A DNA stretch of 64,000 nucleotides from Macrostomum lignano. Its lineage: Eukaryota. Below, piece after piece: positions 1-11,668 of the stretch. Location: contig NIVC01002806.1 of assembly GCA_002269645.1 (NCBI GenBank), forward strand, positions 42,501-106,500. The letters are read 5' to 3'. The position numbers and the translations under genes are program-made. Under the pieces are notes generated by a model, which was not told where the DNA came from, ran no database searches, and saw only the letters and a program-made list of their open reading frames with translations. Position 1 is the stretch's first letter, and every line of letters starts with the position of its first letter.

Positions 1-499
1 ATATAAAAAATCCCACAGTGCCTACGCATACTAAGGATTAGGGGTGGAGAGTTAGGGCATGTACATACAGCGCTTAAAACACAAATAGGTTGGAACAATA
101 GAAAGGAACAGTGAGGCAGATCGCTCAGACATTAAAAATGGCTAAAGCCACTTGCTTTACCCACCCACAAAATTTTAAATTGGTAAAGTCTATTCTAATA
201 TAAAATATAAGTTATATTAAATTAAAATAAATATTAATAAATAAAAGCTTTATCTAAAAGTAATAGAAATAAAAGGAATATTTTCAATCGTTTGTTTTTT
301 ATCTCTCCTTTTTTAACATATAAAAGCAAAACAACATTTATAAAGCAATTATATGTTTTGATTATAAAGCAAAACATTTTGCTTAAAGGTTAAACATTTT
401 ATATTTGAACAATTTTAAATAACTTATAGAATAATATTCTAGATAAATAGATTGCCCTAACAATAACTAATATAGTTAAACACTGGAAATACTAGCAAT

Positions 500-1460
500 A
501 AATGTTACAACTAAGTTACAATTACTTATAATATTCATATTCTTAGAATAAACATTGTTTTGATCTTTTTGTATCAAATATAAGATTATATTATTAGTAA
601 AAATAGAAATTAACCTATGTATATAATGCCAAGGTAGTAATTGAACTTTTATTTTAAGGGCTTTTTATTCATATTTCCCAAAGACTCAAAACTTCTTAAA
701 ATGAAAAGTTGTTATATATAAACTTTTTTTAATTGGTTTATTAGTTTAATACAATTAGTAACTATTATAAAATCACAATATCAAATTTTAGTTAAGTGTA
801 AGCTTATAGCAAAAGCTTGAACTATAGCATTTTTGAGTATCTAGCATAATGTAGCCATAGTATTGTAATAGGCTTCATTTTTAGCAGACTAAATTTCTTA
901 GAAATGTATAATTTCAAAACTCTATTATTTTTTTATACTCTACAAATTTGAAATATTAGAAATATTTCGTTTTGTTTAAAATAGTAAAGAGAAATTTTAC
1001 CATAAATAGGGGCCAAGTCAAATAAATCCTCTTTGTCTCTGATTGAACAATAACTGATCTTATAATCATAGCTTGCTTAGCGTCTCTTCAGTTATTCTAT
1101 TTGGAGAAGAAATCCAATTAGCCTCAGGCTAGTATTCACTTTTGTGTTACTTATTTCAAGTAGTAGATAGCAACTTAGAAGTAGCCCTAAGGTTTGGAAA
1201 ATTTAATTCATTCTGAAAGAACAAGATATCAGATTTAGAATCTGAGAAATTGCCTTAGAAAATAGAAATCCTACCAAAGGGTAGATAATCCAGACTCTGA
1301 GTCTGAGAAACCCGCCTCAGGGCAGAATACCCAGCAAGTGAGCTGTGACCCTTTGATCCTAGTAACATCCAGGACTGAGACAATAAAACCTTTAGAGAGT
1401 AGCATAGAGTATAGGATAGACAGTGCCATTAGATCGCTCAGGCTAGAAGTACAGTACATG
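500..1460 (-). mobile_element. Degenerate non-LTR (L1/Tx1/R2-like) retrotransposon reverse-transcriptase relic with many stops
   Basis: Minus-strand translation gives EY*P followed 30 residues later by QRGFI (1050-1021), matching the LINE spacing YRPI..x30..QxGF. About 145 codons further is ISIFTNNIILY (610-578), which aligns with L1 LSLFADDMIVY if G>A changes are reversed. Not continuous in frame. Confidence 0.55.
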
Positions 1461-2240
1461 TATAAATGCTACCAGTAGATAAATACATACACTATCAGTA
1501 TAAAAGTAAAAGCGCTACTAACAGATATATAAGTACTGGCTATAAGTATATTCATGTGCTACCAATAAAAGTACGTAGATAATAGCAGTAAGATCATTGC
1601 AGAAGATAGAACTTAGCCCTGTTACAACTTTGATGACAGCCGTGAATTTATTCTAGAAGACAGAAGTTATCATAGAAGCCCACCTGTCAATATATGCTAA
1701 TTCATTTGCTTAATTATTAAAACCTATTTTCAGGTAACCTTCATCAAACAATTTGCAATTCAAACAAATATTTTACAATGCTTTCATTTCTGTACTCAAA
1801 GTGCAGGCATTCAAAATTGCAAACTAAACTGTATGTTGGACTTTTTGTAATAACAAGTTTCTGGGCAATTTTAGGTAAGTTTTGATTGATTTATCTAGTT
1901 AATGATATAAATTATTTTTCATGTAAAATTAAACACACTGTTTTGCCTCTTTTTGAATATGAGCAGTGAGAAACTTTGCATTTTTTGAATGCAGCCATTT
2001 TATTTTGACAAAAAGGCAACCATGCCTGATAGACTAAGCAGTGATGGATTGATAGATTGGTGTAGGGGGTCGATCCTGGGGCTGAAGACTCGTGGGATAG
2101 GCCTGCACTTTGGTAAAATTCACTTAGGCCACCTTTCTATTTTTCTAGGCCTCCACCGAAGTTACACTAAGTTTTACACAAATGTGACAGTCGTGGACAG
2201 TAATTAATGACACTGTCTGACAGTTCAAGTGACACTGCCA

Positions 2241-3210
2241 CCTGACACTCATCTGACACTCACCTGACACTCTGACACTCCTCATTTGACACTCATCTGA
2301 CACTCATCTGACACTCATCTGACACTCGTCTGACACTCATCTGACACTCGTCTGACACTCATCTGACACTCATCTGACACTCATCTGACACTCATCTGAC
2401 ACTCTGACACTCCTCATCTGACACTCGTCTGACACTCATCTGACACTCATCTGACACTCGTCTGACACTCATCTGACACTCATCTGACACTCATCTGACA
2501 CTCATCTGACACTCGTCTGACACTCGTCTGACACTCATCTGACACTCATCTGACACTCATCTGACACTCTGACACTCCTCATCTGACACTCATCTGACAC
2601 TCATCTGACACTCGTCTGACACTCATCTGACACTCATCTGACACTCATCTGACACTCTGACACTTCTCATCTGACACTCGTCTGACACTCATCTGACACT
2701 CATCTGACACTCGTCTGACACTCATCTGACACTCATCTGACACTCATCTGACACTCATCTGACACTCGTCTGACACTCGTCTGACACTCATCTGACACTC
2801 ATCTGACACTCATCTGACACTCATCTGACACTCTGACACTCCTCATCTGACACTCATCTGACACTCATCTGACACTCGTCTGACACTCATCTGACACTCA
2901 TCTGACACTCATCTGACACTCTGACACTTCTCATCTGACACTCGTCTGACACTCATCTGACACTCATCTGACACTCGTCTGACACTCATCTGACACTCAT
3001 CTGACACTCATCTGACACTCATCTGACACTCATCTGACACTCATCTGACACTCATCTGACACTCATCTGACACTCGTCTGACACTCATCTGACACTCCTC
3101 ATCTAACACTTCTCACCTTACACTCATCTGACACTGACACTCGTCTGACACTCATCTGACACTCCTCATCTAACACTCCTCACCTGACACTCATCTAACT
3201 CGTCTGACAC
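2241..3210 (+). repeat. Minisatellite, 11-bp unit CTCATCTGACA (variant CTCGTCTGACA)
   Basis: Directly visible tandem array of about 1 kb with interspersed CTCTGACA/CTC variants. Confidence 0.97.
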
Positions 3211-3378
3211 TTGGAATCAAAAGTGAATATTCGTACTGCTGGAATTGAAGCAAATGAAATTGAAGCGACCTGATTGGTATTGCGTGATTGACTGCATTTG
3301 CTCTCAATCCATCTGCTTGAGCTCCAGCATCGCACTAAGACCCCCAAAAACCCAAACCAATCTGCACCACCCACGCAG

Positions 3379-6300
3379 TGCTCGCAAATGCCTTTAACGC
3401 AAAGCCATCGACCAGCGATTTGGAGTCCAGACAGGCGCTTCGCCAGCTTGCAGCCCAGCTGAATTTAACCTTCAGCGTCATTAGCAACACAAAGCGCAAT
3501 CACACGGCTCGCATTACGCTGAGGAATCCACTTAGCGGCGTCTGGCTTGGCGCTGGTATCCGCTGGCGCCTGTACTTCTCCTTGATGCGCCCGGTGCATC
3601 AGGTCATCGACGGGCCATTCCGCCTGACCCACCAGAACGGCTATCTCCACCAGCTGGAGCCCGTGGGCGACCTGGCCACAGGCGGGCTGGCGCCAGGCGG
3701 CGAGTACAGCATCCGGTATGTCGGCAAGGCCAACATGCTGGGCCGGTTCGATGCCTTCCCCAACTGGTACGCAGTGCTGGTTAACAAATCCGGCTTGGAG
3801 GTGGCCGCCGAAGTCCTGGCCGTGACAGCCAGCGAAGCGTTGGACTTTGTGAACCCGCTGACCAGGCCTGAGCAGTACAAGACTGGTCCGGATGATGTCA
3901 ATGAGCCGTGGACTCCGTTCAAGAGGTTTGCGCCTGTAGCTGACTTATAGCACCAGCTGGCCAGCAGCCTGTGGTGTTTAATTGAGCCGCTAATCATCAC
4001 AACAGGGGGGGGGGGGGTTGTAGCCTAGTGGTTAGAGCGTCGGACTCTTGACTGGAAGGTCGGGGGTTCGATTCTCGATCTACTCGAAACAATTTGTGTC
4101 GAGCAAGATACTCAACTTTGCATTGCAGTTGGTGGTGCGGCTAGTTAGTAGATTTGGTAGTGTAGCTGGTGGTGTAGAGTTGGCAGTGCAGCTGGTAGTG
4201 TAGAGTTGGCAGTGCAGCTGGTAGTTTAGAGTTGGCGGTGCAGCTGGTAGTGTAGAGTTGGCGGTGCAGCTGGTAGTGTAGAGTTTGCAGTACAGCTGGT
4301 AGTGTAGAGTTGGCAGTGCAGCTGTTACTGATAGTGGATTTGGCAGTGCGCCAATAGCACTAAAAATTTCCCGCTGTCCTCACCGCAGAGCGGAGATCCA
4401 AGCCGGCTACCTGGGTGGTGAGCGGCCCGGGCCCCAGCTGGTCCGCCTGGTGCCGAAGCCTGCGCTGGCCGAGCCGCTGGGCGGTGAGCAGCGGCCGCCG
4501 AGCACCGACTGTCTCCTGGCCGGCCTCAACGTAGCTTCTTCATCGTCTGGTGGGGACAGCAGCGGCTGCAAACCTGCCGGTTCCTCCGAGGCAGCCGGGC
4601 TGCTGCGAGAAGCAGCCGCAGAGGCCGCGGCTGCAGCTGCTGGTGGGCCCTGCACAGCCGGCGAGATGAACCTCCCCCGCTGGACGGCCAGCCTGCAGCT
4701 CTGCGATAACAGCAGCAGCAAGTTCGGCAAGCTGCTGACCAACCTGACACCGGGCCAGGCTTCTGAGGCCTACGAGCTGCTGCTTGATCCGAAGGTGGGC
4801 AATTGGAAGAATTTCACCTCACAAACAGGCCTCATTAAGTCCTAACAAGCCTCACAGCACAGGCCTCATTAAGTCCCAACAAACCTCACAAACAGGCCTC
4901 ATTAAGTCCCAACAAACCTCACAAACAGGCCTCATTAAGTCCTAACAAGCCTCACAGCACAGGCCTCATTAAGTCCCAACAAACCTCACAAACAGGCCTC
5001 ATTAAGTCCCAACAAACCTCACAAACAGGCCTCATTAAGTCCCAACAAACCTCACAAACAGGCCTCATTAAGTCCCATCTTCCAAAAACCGACCTCTTCC
5101 CCATCCACCCAGTCGGGCCAGGCCGTCCTGTCCGCAGCCACCCCTGTCGGCCTGTTCTGGGCCGCCCAGTCGCTGGTGTCGCTGCTGCAGCCCGGAGGTC
5201 GTCTGGCCGTCCGCCGCCTGTTCGACTATCCCCGCTCGCAATACCGCGGCCTCATGCTGGACGTGGCCCGCAACTTCCTGTCAGTCGAGGAAGTCGTTCG
5301 CCTTATCGACGCCATGTCGGCCTGGAAGCTCAACCGTCTCCATCTTCACTTGTCCGACGACGAGGGCCTCCGACTGCCGCTGACCGCCGCGTTCCCGGCC
5401 GCCAGCCGGCGGTGCCACCCGCTGAGCGGCGAGGCCTCCGACCAGCCGGTCTGCGCGCAGCCGCCCCAGCTGGGCTCTCACCCGACTCAGTGGGGCGCCC
5501 CGCCAGGCTGCGGCAGCTACAGCGCCCAAGACTACGCAGCCATCCTGCGCCATTCTGCCAGCCGCTTTGTCCGGGTGGTGCCAGAGCTGGACACACCGGC
5601 TCATTCTCTGGCTGCTATACTGGCTATGAAGGTTTCACCGCTGTCCTTGATATTGTGGGGGATGGGGTTTTGTGAGGTATGGGATTTGGTCGGGGTGGTA
5701 TTTCGTGAGGTATGGGATTTCATGAGTTATGGGAATTCTTGGGGTATGGGATTTCATTAGGTATGTGATTTGTGAAGTATGGGATTTCGTAAGTTATGGG
5801 AATCGGATTCCGTGAGGTATGGCATTCCGTGAGGTATGGCATTCCGTGAGGTATGGCATTCCGTGAGGTATGGGATTTCATTAGGTATGTGATTTGTGAG
5901 GTATGGGATTTCGGGAGGTGTGGGATTGGGTCAGGTATGGTATTTCGTGAGGTATGAGCTTCACAAGACGTGGGATTTTGTAGTATTGGGTTTGTTTGGT
6001 GTGGGATTTTGCGAAAATATGATACACGAGATTCTGTTTCTGATGGGATTTTCTTCCAGTGATTTGTAATCTATCTACTAGAAGTAGCCAGAAAGCGAAT
6101 GACTAAAATTTCTACGCCAATTCGCACCGCAAGGCGCAGGGCGTGGACCTGACAGACCCGGAGGATCCAGGCGGCCAGCCGAGCCCGCAGGCCTTCACCA
6201 ACAACAGCGTGAATCCGTGCCTTCCAGCTGGCGCCCAGTACATTCTGGACCTGATGCGGGGCGTCAGCAAGCTGCACGCAGCCGCCGGCCTGCCGATGCT

Positions 6301-9300
6301 GGAGTACCACTTTGGCGGAGATGAGGCGCCCAATGGCACCTGGACTAACTCGCCTGCGTGTCGCCGCATGCTGAGCATTCCGTGAGTCTGTTCACATGTT
6401 GAGGATTACAAATTAAATTTTTGAATCGGCCTTTCGATACACTAGCAGTCGCCATACAGACACACTGAGGATCGCCCTATAGACACACTCAAAACGCCCT
6501 ATAGACACACTGAGAATCGCCCTATAGACACACTCAGAATCGCCCTATAGACACACGGAGAATCGCCCTATAGACACACGGAGAATCGCCCTATAGACAC
6601 ACTCAGAATTGCCCTATGGACACACGGAGAATCGCCCTATAGACACACTGAGAATCGCCCTATAGACACACTCAGAATCGCCCTATAGACACACTCAGAA
6701 TCGCCCTATAGACACACAGAGAATCGCCCTATAGACACACTCTGTATCGCCCTATAGACACTGAGAATCGCCCTATAGACACACTCAGAATCGCCCTATA
6801 GACACACTCAGAATCGCCCTATAAACACTGAGAATCGCCCTATAGACACTGAAAATCGCCCTATAGACACACTGAGAATTGCCCTATAGACACACTCAGA
6901 ACGCCCTATAGACACACTGAGAATCGCCCTATAGACACACTGAGAATCGCCCTATAGACACACTCAGATTCGCCCTATAGACACACTGAGAATTGCCCTA
7001 TAGACACACTCAGAACGCCCTATAGACACACTGAGAATCGCCCTATAGACACACTCAGATTCGCCCTATACACAGACTGAGAATCGCCCTATAGACACAC
7101 TCAGATTCGCCCTATAGACACACTGAGAATCGCCTATAGACACACTGAGAATCGCCCTATAGACAGACTGAGAATTGCCCTATAGACACTGAGAATCGCC
7201 CTATAGACACACTCAGATTCGCCCTATAGACACACTCAGAATCGCCCTATAGACACACTCAGATTCGCCCTATAGACACACTGAGAATCGCCCTATAAAC
7301 AGACTGAGAATTGCCCTATAGACACACTGAGAATCACCCTATAGACACACTCAGAATCGCCTGTCGCCATACATGTATTTAGCAGCAGTGCTCAAATTTC
7401 CATACGAACCAGACTATCACAGCTGGTGATTCCCCACCTTCCAGGCCGGACCAGCCGGTGGACGCGGACGCGGTCAGTCGCGTCAATCTGCGCCGCCTGC
7501 TTGCCGAGGCCGCGGACGCCGGTGTTGACGCTCTACTGGGCTGGTCTGATGGCTTTGCTGGCGCGGATTTGCGACCGTTTAATCTGAGCAGCCTTGTAAG
7601 AGGATAGCTAGCCCACGAAATCGGTACCCAGGCCAAGAAGAATAATTTTGAAGCGTTTAACTAGCCTACTGAGTTAGTAGAAAGTTAAGCGCCAGCATAA
7701 CGATTCTTGGACGACACTTAGGCGACTCTTACTTATTTCTCTGTGTACTCGTAGCTCTTCTTCGTCGCACTAGACGCGCTTGAGTCGTTAAGAAGTCACA
7801 GAAATCGCCATGTAACAAAACAAAATTTTTGTCTTCTGCAGAGGTCGGCAAACATGCGGCCCCCGAAGCCTCTCTATCCGGCCCTCGGGTTCTTTGAAAC
7901 TTCACAATAGCAATCCCGCCTTCTCACGGTCTGTCTCTTCCGCGGTCTCTTCGTTTTGCGCGGCGCTCTTTATGTGCCAGCGGCCCAGGCTCGATTCCAA
8001 GTGCAGTCAAATTAATTCGTGGCTAAATTGAAATTTCAGCTTGGCTCTGCTCGTGCAGTTGACGCCCCTGAGGGCTAACCCCAAAGGCACAGTGAAGTGT
8101 ACATGCCTAACGATAAAATAAAGTTAGGGCCGCTGTACACTCCAGTGTAAGTGTGTGTGCCTGCTCAGGGGAGTCAGCGGAATGGACAGTAATGCCTCAC
8201 CCGGCTGTGTGACAATGTCGCTTAAAGTGCGCCAGGGTGCAGACCCTTTTTACTACTTTTAGTAGTAGTGCTGCGCAAATTTCGCCCGCTATTCCAACCG
8301 ACCAACCAAACAAACTCACAGACCGCCGGTATTCGCCGGCCGCGTAAAGTGGTGGCCGTGCCGTGGCACCTCAAGCCGTCGCCGCGCGACCTTGCCGTTG
8401 CCGGCTACAGTCTGGTGATGGCGCCGGCCACGCGGCTGTACCTGGACCACCGGCAGGAGCCCGACCCCGAGGAGCGCGGTCTCTACTGGGCCGCCAATTT
8501 CACCGACTTGTACACCGTTTTCTCTTACGACGCCAAAACCGACGCCGCCGCGGCTGGTCCCGACGCTGACATTCTCGGCATCTCCGGCGCGCTCTGGACA
8601 GAGACGGCGCGCCAGCCGGTGCAGGCTTTTAGTCTGCTGGCGCCGCGCGTTCTGGCGCTATCCGAGCGCGCCTGGCACCACGCCGACTGGGAGGGCGCGG
8701 CGTAAGTAGGGAAATAAGACGCTGGCCTCTGGACTCAAATAGAAGTGACTTCAAAACAGCTCCATAAGATTTCCTTCTGCAATAGTATCCCGTGAGGTCC
8801 GTAGGATCAACTTTGGTTAACTTATTACCTCTGGGGGGCAATATTATCAGAGTTTTAATGTGTGTCAGCTGCCCGTGACTTGGGAGAGCTAAAAAATACG
8901 TATTTTATAGCAATGGATAAAATGAATAAAGACAGGTATTTGCCATAGACAGTAGATGTCGATTTTTGTCCCCTACCATATACGAGAGTGGGGACCACTC
9001 TCGACAGTCGATACTACAATCAGCTTACTTGGCTAACGTTTTGGCTGCATAATTCGTACTTTATTATTCATTTTCAGTCCTACAGACGGCGGCCAGGCTG
9101 CCAAGGCGCGGAGCCGCGACTACGCCGAATTCGTCAGCAGCGTCGGCCACCGGGAGCTCGGCCGGCTGGCCAGCTTCGGAATTAAGTTCCGTCTGGCGCC
9201 GCCCGGTGCCCGCCGGCTCGGCGGAGACAGCGGCGGCTTCCTGCTGACGCACGAGCTGCCCGGCGTGCGGCTGTTCTATTCGCTGGAGAGCGGCGCCACG

Positions 9301-9517
9301 CGCCGATGGGTCGAATCGGACAGACTGGTCGAGTGGCCGTCCGGTGTCCGACGAGTCCACCTCATGGCGGCGTGAGTTGCTAAGCTGTTTGTTGAATTTT
9401 AATTTTGCATTGCATTTTGATGCCAGCTTGTTGAACCCGGAATATTTCAGCTTCTCTCTGCCCGGCCACAAAGCTGGTTACTATGCTCAAAGTCGAATTG
9501 TTCACATCGATCGCTGA
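3379..9517 (+). CDS. Chitobiase-type beta-N-acetylhexosaminidase (GH20 with N-terminal CHB_HEX, GH20b, catalytic and C-terminal domains); 5' signal-peptide exon not located
   Basis: Exons about 3379-3925, 4389-4794, 5113-5631, ~6134/6140-6381, 7445-7595, 8322-8701, 9078-9371, 9451-9517(TGA); GT-AG ends and phases are consistent. Motifs: WRLYFS..FRLTHQNGYLHQLEP, EAYELLL, YRGLMLDVARNF, HLHLSDDEG, ELDTPAH, catalytic HFGGDE, GWSDG, EERGLYWA, GALWTE, PRVLALSERAWH, GHRELGRL..FRLAPPGAR. Confidence 0.9.
4014..4125 (+). mobile_element. tRNA-derived SINE head (Lys-CTT-like) followed by a CORE/V-like central segment
   Basis: A-box TAGCCTAGTGG (4021), anticodon-like loop CT-CTT-GA, B-box GGTTCGATTC (4065); no acceptor-stem pairing; then TTGTGTCGAGCAAGATACTCAAC, resembling the GTGTCCTTGAGCAAGxCACTTAAC SINE core. 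Lies in GH20 intron 1. Confidence 0.6.
4160..4350 (+). repeat. Intronic minisatellite, 26-bp unit GTGCAGCTGGTAGTGTAGAGTTGGCA
   Basis: About 7 imperfect tandem copies visible. Confidence 0.9.
4816..5077 (+). repeat. Intronic minisatellite, 33-bp unit CTCACAAACAGGCCTCATTAAGTCCCAACAAAC
   Basis: About 8 tandem copies filling most of the 4795-5112 intron. Confidence 0.95.
5660..6010 (+). repeat. Degenerate intronic repeat (GTGAGGTATGGGATTTC-like)
   Basis: Recurrent GAGGTATGG(G/C)ATT motif through the 5632-6130 intron. Confidence 0.8.
6455..7362 (+). repeat. Intronic minisatellite, 23-bp unit GAGAATCGCCCTATAGACACACT
   Basis: About 40 tandem copies visible. Confidence 0.97.
7839..7905 (+). mobile_element. 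Truncated hAT-type MITE end, related to the element at 33576-34294
   Basis: CAGAGGTCGGCAAAC terminus plus ACATGCGG.CC.CGAAGCCTCT.TATCCGGC shared with the left end of the 33576 element; no right end found. Confidence 0.55.
8154..8241 (+). repeat. Dispersed ~90-bp repeat; second copy inverted at 16399-16487
   Basis: GCCTGCTCAGGGGAGTC.GCGGAATGG.CAGTAATGCCTC...ATGTCGCTTAAAGTGCGCCAGGGTGCA occurs here and as the reverse complement at 16399-16487. Confidence 0.85.
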
Positions 9518-9941
9518 GAGCTCCCGAGTGCATCTCGCAATTGCAAGACTTTTTGTCTGGAACTTTTCTATTCTAAATACTCGTAGGCTGCTGCGGTTTT
9601 TTGCATTGCGTGATTTGGTGTTCTACGAGCGTATTGTGGATTTTCCGACTGTAAAAATCGAATTAGTAGTCAATGAAGCTTTTTATTGTCTGGTGTATCT
9701 TAGGTATTTTGTCCGCAATGCTGCTTCCAATGGGTGATTGGTGCAATAACTTGCATATAACTATCTTTTATTAAGCGATTGCATGTTTATATGCATGTAC
9801 AGTATTATTTTGAACTTAATGTTTTATATATTCTTGATTAATAAAACCTGATTCATATTGCTTTACAACAGAGCTGTCTTTTGCGCTGACTTGGCGTGTT
9901 ATTTATTTTGCTCTCTATTATTCTCAACTGTTTGCTGTGTT

Positions 9942-11668
9942 TCATTCCATCAGCTCGTCTTCGTCATGCACTGATGAATAAGATCCTTCCAGGCACTGGC
10001 TCCGAAATCGAGTCACCACAACAGCGCCGATGAGGCCCATTGTTAGCGCAGTTATCAGGGCGTACGCGCAGAAGAACAGCTTGTCAGCTGATGCCGCGAC
10101 GGTGGCCCATTCGCTGCTAACAGGATTTTCTCCATTATTGTCTAAATCATTCTGCTGCTGATCTGCTGGATTAAGCTTTGTGGCCGTTTGCGATCCTTTT
10201 CTACTAATGAGCCGGTTGAGGAAGAGCGCGCGGATCAGCCGGCTGCTGACGCGAGCGCTGCTATGCTGCTTGGAGTGGCAGTCGAGCACGAACGCGTTGC
10301 AGAGCACGTTCAGCATTGACATTATCACTGCGATGCCGAAGTACCAGGCTGCAGCGGAGAGTAGGTCATGTGTTGAGGTATCTTATAGTATACTGTGCTA
10401 ACTTAATCACGTGACTCACTGATGAGCGGCACGGACTCGCTCTGCGTAGGCGTGTAGTTGCCAGCCAGCTGCAGGAACACGCACATGGACAGCACGATGG
10501 TGATGCTGAAGGAGACTCGCTCGCCGCACTCGGCCGGCAGGCGGAAGGCGACGGCTGAGATAGCAAAGAGGAGGACGCTAGGAAAGAGCAAGTTTGTCAC
10601 GTAAAACGCCGGCCGTCTCTGTAACGAAGTACTTTGCGCCTTGAAGTTCATAGAAATATGTTAAAGAAATGGATGTTTCTTACTTGAAACTTGATGAGGA
10701 ACCGAATCTGATCTTGTCCAGCAATCACTTTTTGCTTTAGTTGAAGTTTTTGAACGCAGAATTCGTTGTTGGTCATCAGATAAGCCTCAATTGGAACTAC
10801 GCCGGAAATTGGTTTAACATTTAGCATTATGGTGGTCCTAGACTGCATTTGGGAATTCAACCACAGGCTGCATGTCTGACTGTCAAACGGAAACCAGAAC
10901 ATCTTCATACGGCATTTTAGGGTAACGACCAGCACAATTCCTTGATGAACTTCTCCGGTGCTTGTAATCAATACAGGCGACTTGTCCAAGTTGACATCTA
11001 TGATTTCAAGCCTGTGTTTAAATAGCACAATATTTACTGTCGCACGAGATTCGATTGCAAAATAGTGAAAATCCTTACACATTATTTGCTGTCGTGTCGG
11101 GCCGCCAAACCTGACTGGGAGTCAGAAAGATTCCGGCAATGTGGTCAAGTGAAGAGTTGAATCTTCCACGCCAGGAGAGCCTCGAGTCGAACCATTGCTG
11201 CAATTTTTATGTACCATACCTTGTACCAGCTATTTTTCAAACTGAACTTAATGTAAAAAATATATAAAATATATAGCCTGGCGTGTAACGATCTATTTGT
11301 CCCGAGACAAAGAAGAATACCTTTGCAAGCCAGATCTGCAACGTTACTTCCTGCGACGCCGAGTTCTAAAAAAATATTTTTCAGTCATTGCTGAAGTCAC
11401 TGCTTTGATCAGTGCGCTACAATTTCGAAATCCATCCAAATACTCGTAGTTACTGTATATAAGGCTTTACCACGTTGGCTAGGCTGAATAAGTAGATGTA
11501 CAAGTTGAGAGTGTTGGCAGATCCATTGTCAGGCGGTGGCCGAACCGCGCTGTTATACTCTACATCGAGGTTCAGTGCCGCAACAACAGCAGCGTCAGGT
11601 GAACCGATGTCACTGGTTCTTGCGGCTGGAGCAGCGAACAGCAGAGCGCAAGCGATGATGAAGCACAT
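9942..11668 (-). CDS. Cys-loop ligand-gated ion channel subunit A (divergent nAChR/5-HT3-like, predicted cation-selective)
   Basis: Six exons 11668-11471, 11365-11321 (the 45-nt exon typical of the family), 11197-11079, 11011-10684, 10618-10420, 10348-9942; phases consistent. Signal peptide, YNSAVRP, WFDSRLSW, WRPD, Cys-loop CRMKMFWFPFDSQTC, RRPAFY, M2 GERVSFSITIVLS, M3, short loop, M4. Confidence 0.92.

Noticed and set aside
1-1270. AT-rich start as a mitochondrial insertion (NUMT)
   Set aside because: No recognisable mitochondrial protein, rRNA or tRNA motif; the motifs that do appear are LINE RT-like.
4014-4085. Functional tRNA-Lys gene
   Set aside because: Acceptor stem does not pair and a SINE-like body follows; treated as a SINE head.
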